A stretch of 38,872 nt of DNA from Octopus bimaculoides (taxonomy: Eukaryota). Below the pieces are notes generated by a model. That model was not told the origin of the DNA. It did not search any database and saw nothing but the letters and a program-made list of their open reading frames with translations. Shown here in pieces: positions 23,915 to 34,096 of this stretch; within the stretch, counting starts at the first letter, position 1; every line of letters begins with the position of its first letter. Where the stretch lies: positions 4,058,271 to 4,097,142 of the forward strand of contig NC_068982.1 of the NCBI RefSeq assembly GCF_001194135.2, written 5' to 3'. The position numbers were made by a program, and so were the translations under genes.

Positions 23915-24562
23915 CTCAATCAAGTATATGTCAAATACAGAATGAGAGATATAAGATTAAACATCAGAATGAAAATGTTTGTGTTTAAATGTGATATATA
24001 TAACAAGAAAAATTCAAATACATATCAGATGAATGGCCTGCTTATAATAAATTAAATGTCATAGGTTATCACCATCTGACAGGGGAACCATCGATGACAT
24101 TATGTGGATCCAGTGACCGGAGCACACACTCAGGCCATTGAGTGATCATGGTTAGATGCTAAAACTAAGATTCTGNNNNNNNNNNTGTTGGTAACTGAGC
24201 TTTTCCAGTCATATCTTGATCATTTCTGCTGGAAGATGATGAGGAAAGACTCAGGTGATTTATTTGTATCGTTCCTTAATGACATAAGAAGTGTTTATCG
24301 TTAAAATGGAGTGTCTTGCTTTATCTGTGTAATTTCTTTATCATATAGTATAATATGAGATTCAATTTTTCTTATTTGTGTAATCCTTTCGTAATGTATG
24401 AAAGTGTTCTATTTCTTAAATATTTGAAGTTTTTTTCATCTCTGAAATATCTGTAAATATCTGAAAGATAAAGGGAGATAACCCTGTTTGACATCGTCGT
24501 AGACCGCCATATTATACTTGCACCGATTTGTGCATACGTTTTCGCTAAGCTTCCTTATAAGA

Positions 24563-25480
24563 TTATTCTATGAATCCGTATTCAGTTTCTATAATTGTTT
24601 CAATGCGAGACTGGAATCGTTGACATGCCTACACCAAACGATCCTTATTCATTTCGGATATCCTGCAATGGTAGCAGTCAGTGAAGCTACGGGATTGTGA
24701 GGATGTCAATTAAGTCTCCCTTTCAACAATGTTTCAAACATGGCAGCCAATGTGATTTTGATGTTATATGATTGTAAAGATTGTTTGACCTCCATTCTTG
24801 GGTTATGTAAGTTTCGTGAGAAGATGCTGTATCGGAAACACATATAGCTTTCACTGCGTACGTCATCCAACTTTCTTCAACTTCCCATCGTATCCAGCAG
24901 CATTAATTCTAAGACTCCGTGGAAAGATGTGAGGTGGCATGAGATGGCTTTCGTTCCTCACCACTTCTAAAACCATCATAGTTACTGGAAACTTAGTGTG
25001 AACCGCTCTGTGACATCAGAAGGATCTGTATGTAACCATCTTTCATTTCTCCTGTTAGACTTTTGGCCTTGGTCGAAGTTTTTGTCATCAAAGATAGACC
25101 AAAGCATGTCGTAATCTTGAAAGTTTTAAACTGGTGAGTAATTGTTTGGCACGGATCAAACGGTTTTCCCCGTGTCTTTTGCAGACTTGAATTGGCCTCT
25201 CCTCAGTGCAAACGACTTATATCGAATGTCCTTGTGCACCATTGTTCTGATAGTCCGACACTTGAAATTCTTTGGTGATGGCTCTCATTGATTTTCCGGA
25301 ATCGTTCTCAAGTAATTGTTTCAATTCGTTGGACGAAATTGCGATGTCCAAACGTTTGGAATGTTTCTTTTCACTTTGATACAGTTGAAACATTCCTATT
25401 AGATGCTTCCAGTTTCAGATCTTGCAATATTAAAAAAAGTTGGCAATTTCTAGATCGCTATGATCTGCACGTATGTCAAT
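24563..25480 (-). mobile_element. Second maT (DD37D-like) mariner transposase fossil
   Basis: Minus-strand pieces across frameshifts: SGKSMRAITKEFQVS, HKDIRYKSFALRRGQF, DDKNFDQGQKSNRRNERW, MPPHIFPRSLRINAAGY, ACQRFQSRIETIIETEYGFIE*. Confidence 0.88.
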
Positions 25481-25756
25481 AAGGACTGCGTAACTTTTCA
25501 TTTCTTGTATTAGCATTTGATCTGCCATGGGAGATCTGGAAGACACAAGAACCTTTTAAACGGTTTGAAGAGAGTAATATACTGACAATTAAGTGTCCTT
25601 AAATACCCCCAGCATCCCGTTTTTAATGTCTACTTTACACGAGTAAGTTGAATAATATGATATTTATATACAAGCGTCACTTGCGAGAGGAAGTATTGCG
25701 TTCATGTTATAAGATGATACGAAAAAAAAATGTTGGGGACAGCATAAGATATTTAT

Positions 25757-25910
25757 GTGGCTGTGTGGAAAGAAGCATGCTTCTCAACCACATGGTTTTG
25801 GGTTCAGTCCCACTGCGTGGCAACTTGAGCAAGTGTCTTCTACTATAAGCCTCGAGCCGACCAAAGCCTTGTGAGTGGATTTGGAAGACGGAAACTGAAA
25901 GAAACCTGTC
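25757..25910 (+). mobile_element. SINE head A
   Basis: Matches 1883-2040; followed by (CT)n and a gap. Confidence 0.85.
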
Positions 25911-26398
25911 TTATCTCTCTCTCTCTCTCTCNNNNNNNNNNNNNNNNNNNNNNNNNNNNNNNNNNNNNNNNNNNNNNNNNNNNNNNNNNNNNNNNNNNNN
26001 NNNNNNNNNNNNNNNNNNNNNNNNNNNNNNNNNNNNNNNNNNNNNNNNNNNNNNNNNNNNNNNNNNNNNNNNNNNNNNNNNNNNNNNNNNNNNNNNNNNN
26101 NNNNNNNNNNNNNNNNNNNNNNNNNNNNNNNNNNNNNNNNNNNNNNNNNNNNNNNNNNNNNNNNNNNNNNNNNNNNNNNNNNNNNNNNNNNNNNNNNNNN
26201 NNNNNNNNNNNNNNNNNNNNNNNNNNNNNNNNNNNNNNNNNNNNNNNNNNNNNNNNNNNNNNNNNNNNNNNNNNNNNNNNNNNNNNNNNNNNNNNNNNNN
26301 NNNNNNNNNNNNNNNNNNNNNNNNNNNNNNNNNNNNNNNNNNNNNNNNNNNNNNNNNNNNNNNNNNNNNNNNNNNNNNNNNNNNNNNNNNNNNNNNNN

Positions 26399-26597
26399 AC
26401 TATCTGCAAGATTCCGAGTTCGATTCCAGGCAGTGACCTGAATAATAATAATAATAATAACATCGAAAAATACCTTAGGAATGAGAGCCCAGGTTCGAAA
26501 TTTCCCCAAGACACCTGATGAAGGCTGGAGGGTATATCAGACGAAACGTTGTGTTAGCAACAAACAAGATGAGGACAAATATCCGTCAAATGTAAAT
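26399..26597 (+). mobile_element. Non-autonomous element with a tRNA-like B box and a Penelope-type terminal (hammerhead) motif; 5' end lost in the gap
   Basis: GAGTTCGATTCC at 26416-26427, (AAT)n spacer, then CTGATGAAGGCTG...CAGACGAAACGTTGTG. Confidence 0.65.
26510..26555 (+). ncRNA. Minimal type I hammerhead ribozyme-like motif
   Basis: Stem I gACAC/GUGUu, CUGAUGA core, bulged A, stem II GGCUG/CAGAC (one mismatch), GAAA, palindromic ACGU stem III, predicted GUU cleavage triplet at 26548-26550. Confidence 0.65.
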
Positions 26598-26689
26598 ACT
26601 TTCTCATCTCCTAAATATAGAAACTGTATAACCAAATTATTGCACATAAACTTTAACGACTAAATCTTATAAGGATCCCTAAGGGCTAT

Positions 26690-26712
26690 ATGGACCCCTG
26701 CTGAGACCCACT
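26690..26712. mobile_element. Solo right end of a hAT MITE
   Basis: ggacccctgctgagacccactg resembles the GTTGAGAACCACTG TIR. Confidence 0.45.
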
Positions 26713-27082
26713 GGTTTAGAGTATTGGATAGAATGCGTCGTAGTATTTATTGCGACTCCCTGTAATCTGAGCTCAAACCTTCCTAACAACAGCCTTGCCT
26801 TTCATCCCTCGAGGTCGATGAAAAGAGTAGCAGTTTGAGGGTGGAGGTGGGGTAGATTAACGGAAGTGTTAAAGGGCTCCGGGTAATGCCTTGTAGTATT
26901 TGATCCAGCTCTGCGTTCTGACATCAACGTCGGAAATAACACTGCCCCCCCAAGTGGATAAGCTCTACTTGGTGGCCCTTTCTTTGGATTAATATTAGTG
27001 CCTCGAGAAAGGGACACTTGCATGTTTCAGCAATTGACAGCTTTACTCGAATACTTTGAATCAAATCGGTGCATCGTCTCCG

Positions 27083-27195
27083 TAACCTGGCGGTTCGGCA
27101 AAAGTTATCGATAGAATAAGTGCTAGACTAAAAATTCTTCAAGGCAGTGCCCCAGCTTGGCCGGAGTCAAATGACTGAAACAAATAAAAGATAAA
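27083..27195 (+). mobile_element. SINE tail family B, internally deleted
   Basis: gcggttcggcaaaag...gatagaataag...ggagtcaaatgactgaaacaaataaaaga. Confidence 0.75.
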
Positions 27196-27915
27196 TGACA
27201 AAAAGTAAATATGCACACCTCGATAATCTCAAAGACTCAATTTGAAACGAAGAATCAGCGTCACTTTCAAAATTGTAATAATAGTGCCGTGTTTTTAAAC
27301 TTATTGTTGCCCGTTTCAAATAAGAATGAATTTCAAATATATTTGACAGCTATTGTTAGCAGATCGAGTAATTACATATAGAAGCTACATCTATTGGCTT
27401 ATACAATATTGTTTATTGATCAGTCCTGACCCAACCGAGCTTCTTTATGTTATTTGAAGAATATTTTTGGCTGCTGTTTCTAGAGGCCCACTCGTCGTAT
27501 CCGTTCTGATCAAGAAGGAAGCACATTAGCGATAAAGTTGTGAGATAAATTCTTGCAATGATATTGTCGAATGATTGATGATATCCTGTTTGAAAGCCGA
27601 TAGCCAAGAGACGGAAGAAGTTAAAGTATGTGTTTGGGAAATATTAGAATTTAGGAAGCAGACATATAAATTACATTCTACTTAATCGGTGATTACAAAA
27701 ACAAGACGCAGAAACAATCAATGAAATACATTGGAAAAATTCGTCTTATTGTTGGTCTGTGCTGTGAAAATAGGTAAATAGGTTTGAGATGGTTTTCTGA
27801 TTATTAAGAATTGGTAGATATCTTGCAATGATAAGTGTCACCCAGCAACTGATATTTTCGTTACTGCGCCCATTCTCAACATCAAGGTAATCGATTTATT
27901 CTTGTGAATTTAGGG

Positions 27916-28114
27916 CGGCGCTTCTCAACCTTTTAAAAATCCGGGTCAAATCAATCCCAAATCCAGATTTTTTAGGGAGCCGCACCAAAAAAGGTAAAAC
28001 ACAAGATAACTAAAAAAAAAAAATCATAATTTATTGTGGGAAGGCCGTCGGAGGCTGTGGAAAGGCTACTTGAGGGCCGCATGTGGCCCTGGGATTCACC
28101 GCTGAGAACCAGTG
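27916..28114. mobile_element. Diverged hAT-like MITE
   Basis: Ends cggcgcttctcaacc / gctgagaaccagtg; gggccgcatgtggccc subterminal motif; TSD poorly preserved. Confidence 0.6.
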
Positions 28115-28336
28115 ATCTGGATAGTCTAGATTGCAGACATTAAAAGTAATTTAGTTTTCATATAAGTGTTTGTTTATCCTCAAAGATACATTCTTTGTCC
28201 AACATTTCCTCTCGTAACAACCAACAAAAAATGAAAACCAGCAAAGAAAGTCGATGTTCCTCAAAAAGGGATCGACGAGCTGTAAAATGCGGTCATCGTT
28301 TTAACAATTCAAGTCATGTGATACACAACAATTAGC

Positions 28337-28601
28337 GAAGGTGCCTGGCTTAATGGTTAGGGTATTCGGCTCACGATTGTAAGGTCGTGAATTCGATTCC
28401 CGATGGCACATTGTGTTTTTTTAGCAAGACACTTTATTTCACGTTGCTTCAGTCCACTTAGATGGCAAAAATGAGTTGAACCTGTAATCCGAAGGGCCAG
28501 ACTAATTCTGTGTCATGCTGAATCTCCCAGAGAATTAAGTTAAGGTACGCGTATCTGTTGGGTGCTCAGCCACTTGCACATTAATTTCACGACGGAGTGC
28601 C
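28337..28601 (+). mobile_element. tRNA-derived SINE (head E2 + tail E), with deletions
   Basis: tggcttaatggttaggg (A box), gaattcgattccc (B box), tail as in 17150-17331. Confidence 0.8.
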
Positions 28602-28639
28602 AGTTCATAATTTCGTAGTTCTAAAGCCATGGCAATGTT

Positions 28640-29140
28640 GAAAACCCTACAGTATCATCAGCTGGTATCTCAGGTTCACAAACGTTTCGACCCTTAGCCT
28701 GTCGGCTTCACCCGAATGCGGCAGTGAGGACTTCCTGTCTCCTATCAGCCACAGCCATCTTGAGCTAGCTTCAGTTGCCGTGCTTATTTCCTTGATAGCT
28801 TTCTTCAGTTGTCTGGGTTCCAGACCTATCTTCTGCAGGAGGATGGAAAGCCGCAGCAACCGACTTCAATGGGGAATAAAGCCACATGCCATTCCTTGAT
28901 AAGGGCCCCGTAGACTACGTCCTGATATTTGTTATTCTTTATTTGGTATTCCTGGAGAGCAGGAATATGTCTGGCTGGAACGATGTTACCACTATCTCCT
29001 CTGGGAAGAGGAGTCTACCCTTCAATTCCACTCGAGTCTCTCAGTCTGTATACACACATCCATTCCATATAAATTTCTCAAGATTTTTGGCAAGATGGGG
29101 GTTTTCGGGACAATGCAGTAATGACCGGTTCCGTGATTGG
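28640..29140 (-). mobile_element. HERO/NeSL-like non-LTR retrotransposon 3' fragment (restriction-like endonuclease, RLE, domain)
   Basis: Minus strand: LKGRLLFPEEIVVTSFQPDIFLLSRNTK ... NKYQDVV ... LFPIEVGCCGFP ... LLQKIGLEPRQLKKAIKEISTATEASSRWLWL, recalled as the HERO-type RLE C-terminus. Confidence 0.8.
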
Positions 29141-29187
29141 TATAGCAACTACATACGTATATAAATACATGGATACATTTTAAAAAC

Positions 29188-29510
29188 TGGCTCTCGGTCA
29201 GTTACAACGATGAGGGTTCCAGGCGATCCGATCAACGGAACAACTGCTCGTGAAATTATCGTGAAAGTAGCAGAGACCTCCACAGACACGTGTACCCTTA
29301 TCGTAGTTTTCAGGGAGATTCAGCGTGACAAACTGAATGCTACAAGGCTGGCCCTTTGAAATGCAGGTAGAATTGAATTTTGCCAGCTGAATGGATTCGA
29401 GTAAAGCGAAATAAAGTGTCTTGCTCAAGGACATAACACGCAGCCAGGAATCGAACTCATGACCTTATGATTGTGAGCCGAATACCCGAACCATTAAGCT
29501 ACGCGTCCTT
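29188..29510 (-). mobile_element. tRNA-derived SINE (head E2 + tail E)
   Basis: Reverse complement homologous to 28337-28601 and to the tail of 16958-17331. Confidence 0.85.
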
Positions 29511-29589
29511 AACCATATAGATACATATATACAGACATTCACACACAATATAAAGTCATTGTACGATTCTGAATTTGTATAACTTTAGT

Positions 29590-29800
29590 TACACACACAT
29601 ACATACACGCACACACATACACACACATACACACACATACATACACACACACAGAGACACACACATACACACACATACATACACACATGCCTACATACAT
29701 ACATGCATGCATACACACGCACATACATACACACACACGCACGCATACATAATACATACACACACACACACGCATGCATACATAATACATACACACATAC
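29590..29800. repeat. Compound (CA)/(CATA) microsatellite
   Basis: Direct reading. Confidence 0.95.
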
Positions 29801-29814
29801 AAAGACATCCATAC

Positions 29815-30160
29815 ATGGTGATTGCTCCATCTTCACAGATCATTGTCGTCTCTTGGTGCGTCTTCGTTGCGAATAGCATTTCCGACTTTCCGTCCATGAC
29901 TCCTCAGATGACTGCTTAATCCGCCATTTTGCATCTGTGCCCTCTCCAACTGGCCAAGTCTGCACACAATGCCACACTTGTATCACCAGAGGACTTTCAG
30001 TTGATGGAATGACAAATGAGGTCAACGTACAGGGACATCTGTGCGTCGTGGGATTACAGCGATAAAAAGCCTGTCCAGTACGAGTGTCACTTTCTAAGCT
30101 TCCATGATTAGTAAATAACGACAGACCGAAGCGAGATGACCAGTCATCACGAGAAACCAT
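29815..30160 (-). mobile_element. RTE-like LINE 3' end with a C2H2-type finger
   Basis: The minus strand encodes YKCGIVC...NGGLSSHLRSH, followed by a short 3' UTR ending at a (TG)/(TATG) tract. Confidence 0.6.
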
Positions 30161-30461
30161 AAGTTTTACATCAGAATGCCTCTCTCCCTCTCCAAGAAGG
30201 TTGCTATGCCAACAGCAAGGTGGTTTTTATTTACATGCTAATTAACTCATATCTAGGAGCCTGGTAGGTGTTACTACACCTGTTCTGAATATACTTAGTT
30301 ACAATAGTGAATAACAGGTGGCGCCATACTTCACAAGATCCTGGAACACTTGGACCAGGGCCCCACTACTGGATGCAGTTTAAAGTTCTTCTCAAAGAAA
30401 CGTAAGTGCACACAAATATACGCACATACATACATACATACATACATACACTTGTGTGAGG

Positions 30462-30462
<1 letters not shown>

Positions 30463-30498
<36 letters not shown>
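30463..30498. repeat. (TCTA)n microsatellite
   Basis: Direct reading. Confidence 0.95.
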
Positions 30499-30499
<1 letters not shown>

Positions 30500-30539
30500 G
30501 TTTTATCTGAGGATAGTCAGTCTGTTTTAATGCCTTATC

Positions 30540-30696
30540 AACACACTCACCGGTTCGATTTCCACTCATTTACTTATTTTTTCTAAAATTTTCGTTGCTT
30601 CTTGCAACCTCTTCAATAGTCCTTGCAAGAAGCAACGAAAGTTTTAGAGAAAAAATAAATAAGTAAACGAGTGGAAATCGAACCGGTGAGTGTGTT
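30540..30696. repeat. Near-perfect ~70 bp inverted repeat with a 15 nt spacer (Penelope-type inverted terminal repeat candidate)
   Basis: 30540-30607 is the reverse complement of 30623-30696 apart from two substitutions and small indels. Confidence 0.92.
30583..30619 (-). ncRNA. Degenerate minimal hammerhead-like motif
   Basis: CUA-UUGAAGA-G-GUUGC-AAGAA-GCAAC-GAA-AAUU-U-UAG: perfect 5 bp stem II, palindromic stem III, 3 bp stem I, C3-to-U variant core. Confidence 0.4.
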
Positions 30697-30772
30697 AACA
30701 CACAAAGAATCTTGCAAACCAAATACAAAAACGAAATTCATATATATACACACACACACACACACAAATATA

Positions 30773-30888
30773 TATGACTGGATTCTTTCAGTTTCCGTCT
30801 ATGAAATCCACTCACAAGGCACGCAGTCGAACTGAACCCGGAACCATGTGGTTGGTAAGCCAGCTTCTTACCACACAGCCACGCCTGC
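30773..30888 (-). mobile_element. SINE head A with internal deletion
   Basis: Reverse complement of head A lacking the central ccttgggcaag segment. Confidence 0.8.
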
Positions 30889-30964
30889 GCCTATATACAT
30901 AGTACATATCTTACATGCTTTAGTCATTGACTGCAGCCATGCATATATCCATCCATTTCTATAT

Positions 30965-31008
<44 letters not shown>

Positions 31009-32364
31009 CTGTATGCATGTACAGATATGTGCATGCATATCTATGTGTAGTACGCATGTATGTATGAATGTGCAATTGTGTGTGTGTGTGTATGTGCGCA
31101 TGAGCATGCCCGTATGCAGAGCTCAAGAGCTCTACCCTGAACAGTTTTTCAAGCTGCAAAGTAATAAGTCGGCAAATAGGATTTATTTCCCGCTATACTT
31201 TCGGTAATTTAGTTGTCTTCCTTTATTTAATCAGTGAATACAAAGTAAGAAACAATATTAAGATCACGCTGCGAATGCTACAATACATAGCGAAGCCAAA
31301 GGCTGTAATATAAACATAACGGATACTTATGTTGAGAAATAAGGAATACACGTTGTGCCAATAAAAACATTTAACGTGGTCAACAGTTTCCTTTAAAAGA
31401 ATATATTTTTGTATTAAAGAAAAAAAGAAAGAAGGAAGGAAGGAGATGTTGAATTTACATGGTTTTAGGTAAGTGTGAAAATATGATCAAGTATGGAACG
31501 CTCTGACCACAAATCGTCTTGATCAGAGCTCACGACCGTCGTTGACAGTGTCGCGCTGTCGTCTGCCGCCACCCCGACCACAACTATTACCTTCAGAGAA
31601 AAGAAGAGGAAGAACGGCAACAACAAAACCAAAATATAACCGTAGAATCCAGTTTTCATGACTCAGCTCACTGACTATTCCATATCGACATTCCATCATA
31701 GACATTCCATCGATAACACACCTTGCTGAAGCACCCCTCGCTATTATTCCCACACAATTAAAGACATTCTTTTGATGGCAATTTGACAGAGTTTAAACAA
31801 AACCTCAAAGCTTTTTCTCGCAAAGTCGATTTATTCAACTTATTGAATTTCCACCAGCCACAAGATCAAACCGATACATACAGAGTTGTGATCGCTAATT
31901 TCAGCCAATCGGAAAAGATTCATTTTGTGCGTCTGCGCGTTTCAAACTTCTTTTCCAGTCCTTTCTCACTTTATAAAAAAGTTTTTGTAGGTTAGCAGAA
32001 AATTGCCGCAGTTGCGGAATGCTTTACGACGCATTGCAGCATGCCAATGGACCATTTTCTTACTCATACTCCCTCATTCTCTAAAATTCTCGACACTGTA
32101 CATTGATAAATATACAAATTATAAGGAATCGTCCTCATTTACACTTCAGCTTCAGATAGCAAAGAACGCTCTCTTCCACATACACAAATATATTGGTAGG
32201 TATACTCTCGTATTCATACTAATAAGAGACAATGTCATAATATTTCGCGTGAATTAAGTTCTATTGTGTGTTATAATTCTCTCACACATTTTAACGAAGA
32301 CCAATTTTTTCATGTCTTTGGAATATAAACTTGCTGATTTGATGTTATATCCTCCAATAGGAAC

Positions 32365-33600
32365 ATGCCATCTTCTGCTCAATACATTTTTCCATAATTG
32401 CCTAACAGAACAGATCGTATCCATTGCACCGTTGCCATTTCTGAAACTAAGCTGAGACTCTCAGAGAACCTTATCAACGATGTTGTTGACAAGTCTGTCC
32501 AACAGGGAGGAGATATTCCACAATAATTTTCACAGTCGTTTTTCCTATCTTTCCCTTTATAGAAAATCCAACGAATCCTTCCAATCAGTTGGGACACACT
32601 CTTCATTTCAAACATTTTGCATTAAGGTAGACGTTGAAGCAAGTTTCCAATTCCAAATTTCAAGATCTCAGCATAGAGACCATCTATCCAAGGCAACTTA
32701 CCATTATTTAGCTTTCAATACAGAATTTTCAGCTCCATCAAGAAAAGGAGTTTCTGCCACATATTCTCCAAGGAATCGTGCCAACAAACTCATCATCAAC
32801 CAGAGAAGTTCGATAAAATCTTTTCGCCATATGAAAAGAATATCTTTAGGATCTCTGAACAATCTTTCGCCATCCAACATGCGCAGAGGCCTAACAGGAG
32901 GAAAAGGTGGTCCGCAAACTTCTTGCAGCCCGTTATACAGAAGCTTCGTATTGTTTGATCTAAGAACAGATTGGATCAGATCTGCTTTACTCCTCCACCA
33001 AGCATCTTGTGTGCCACGAAACCCATATGGTACCATACACTTCATCTTCCTGCAAAACGTTTTTCAACTTATTCATTTCTGCTTCTCTATCAAAGACTCT
33101 TGTAAGCGCAACATTCTTTTCATTTAACAATATCTGAACGTCCTAATCTACTAAACCCAGATCATCTTTGCAAACGCCATACACGGACATTTTGAACTCT
33201 TCTTGTGAGGCATTGGATTGAATATCAATTCTCTTCATCAGCTCTTCCTTAATAGCATCGTCTTTCAGACGCGTCATATTTAATGTCATTGGAATGGTCA
33301 CACCATTAGCTCTAACCTCGGAATTTATAACAAATCTTGGCTCTAACAAGACGATAGTCAGTTCACCATTCGGTTTCACGAATAATGCGGACACTACACA
33401 CATTATGAACATCGTGCATAGTAAACAAGAACAAAATCAATCATATACCGCTGCTCTGAGCCTGGATGCATCCCACTTGTTTTCTATTAATTTTTCTGTT
33501 GGAATATGGTGTTTACAATACACAAATCCCTCTTCGATCATAAAGACTGACTATCGTGTCACTGAATTGCACCACACCGTTAATACCTCGCCTGTCATTC
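32365..33600 (-). mobile_element. RTE-clade LINE fossil: end of the apurinic endonuclease (APE) domain, linker and start of the reverse transcriptase (RT)
   Basis: Minus frames: DLCIVNTIFQQK, TDYRLVRAK, QDAWWRSKADLIQS...TKLLYNGLQEVCGP, FYKGKDRKNDCENYCGIS, ESQLSFRNGNGAMDTICSVRQL. Confidence 0.9.
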
Positions 33601-33640
33601 ATCCGAAGAAATGCAGGAAACGTTTAACTTCTAAAATACA

Positions 33641-34096
33641 TATGATCACTTCGGTCTGACAATGAACATTAAGGAGACCAAAATACTTGTACAACCAGCT
33701 CCAAACTCCATCCTCCAGCATTCTAACATCACCTCTAGAACAGGCAGACCAGTTTCCTTACCTCCGAAGCATCACCTGCCTTTCTTTTGCTGGGCTCAAA
33801 TCTCATTTGCAGACCCATGAAAAACGAATCTTCAACTATTCTGCCTATATAAATCTGTGCACACCTTTCAATGCCGTGTATGGCATAAGGTCTGCAATTC
33901 TAACGGAGGCCTCAAAAGACATTTTTAGATACACAAGGATCAGAACATGGCTGTAGCTCTTGGTGGTCCAAATCTCAGATATGCAATCTATGTGGGTGTC
34001 TGGTTTAAAAAGCCACATCAGACGCCATGATGGATCTAAGTTGTAACTAGAAGAGGTGGTCAGACTCTGCATAAGGAGCAGGCAGTCACTATATAT
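33641..34096 (+). mobile_element. RTE-clade LINE fossil: RT C-terminal part, tandem C2H2-like fingers and 3' end (opposite orientation to 32365-33600)
   Basis: YDHFGLTMNIKETKILVQPAP...LEQADQFPYLRSI, then three GLKxHxxxH motifs and a short 3' tail ending in (TA)n. Confidence 0.8.

Noticed and set aside
28640-28710. GAAAC and CTGATGA boxes on the minus strand in the HERO 3' UTR (permuted hammerhead?)
   Set aside because: The required stem I and stem II pairings cannot be formed (gggtc versus tactg).
1883-29510. tRNA genes
   Set aside because: All A/B-box sequences are heads of multi-copy SINEs without a complete cloverleaf.
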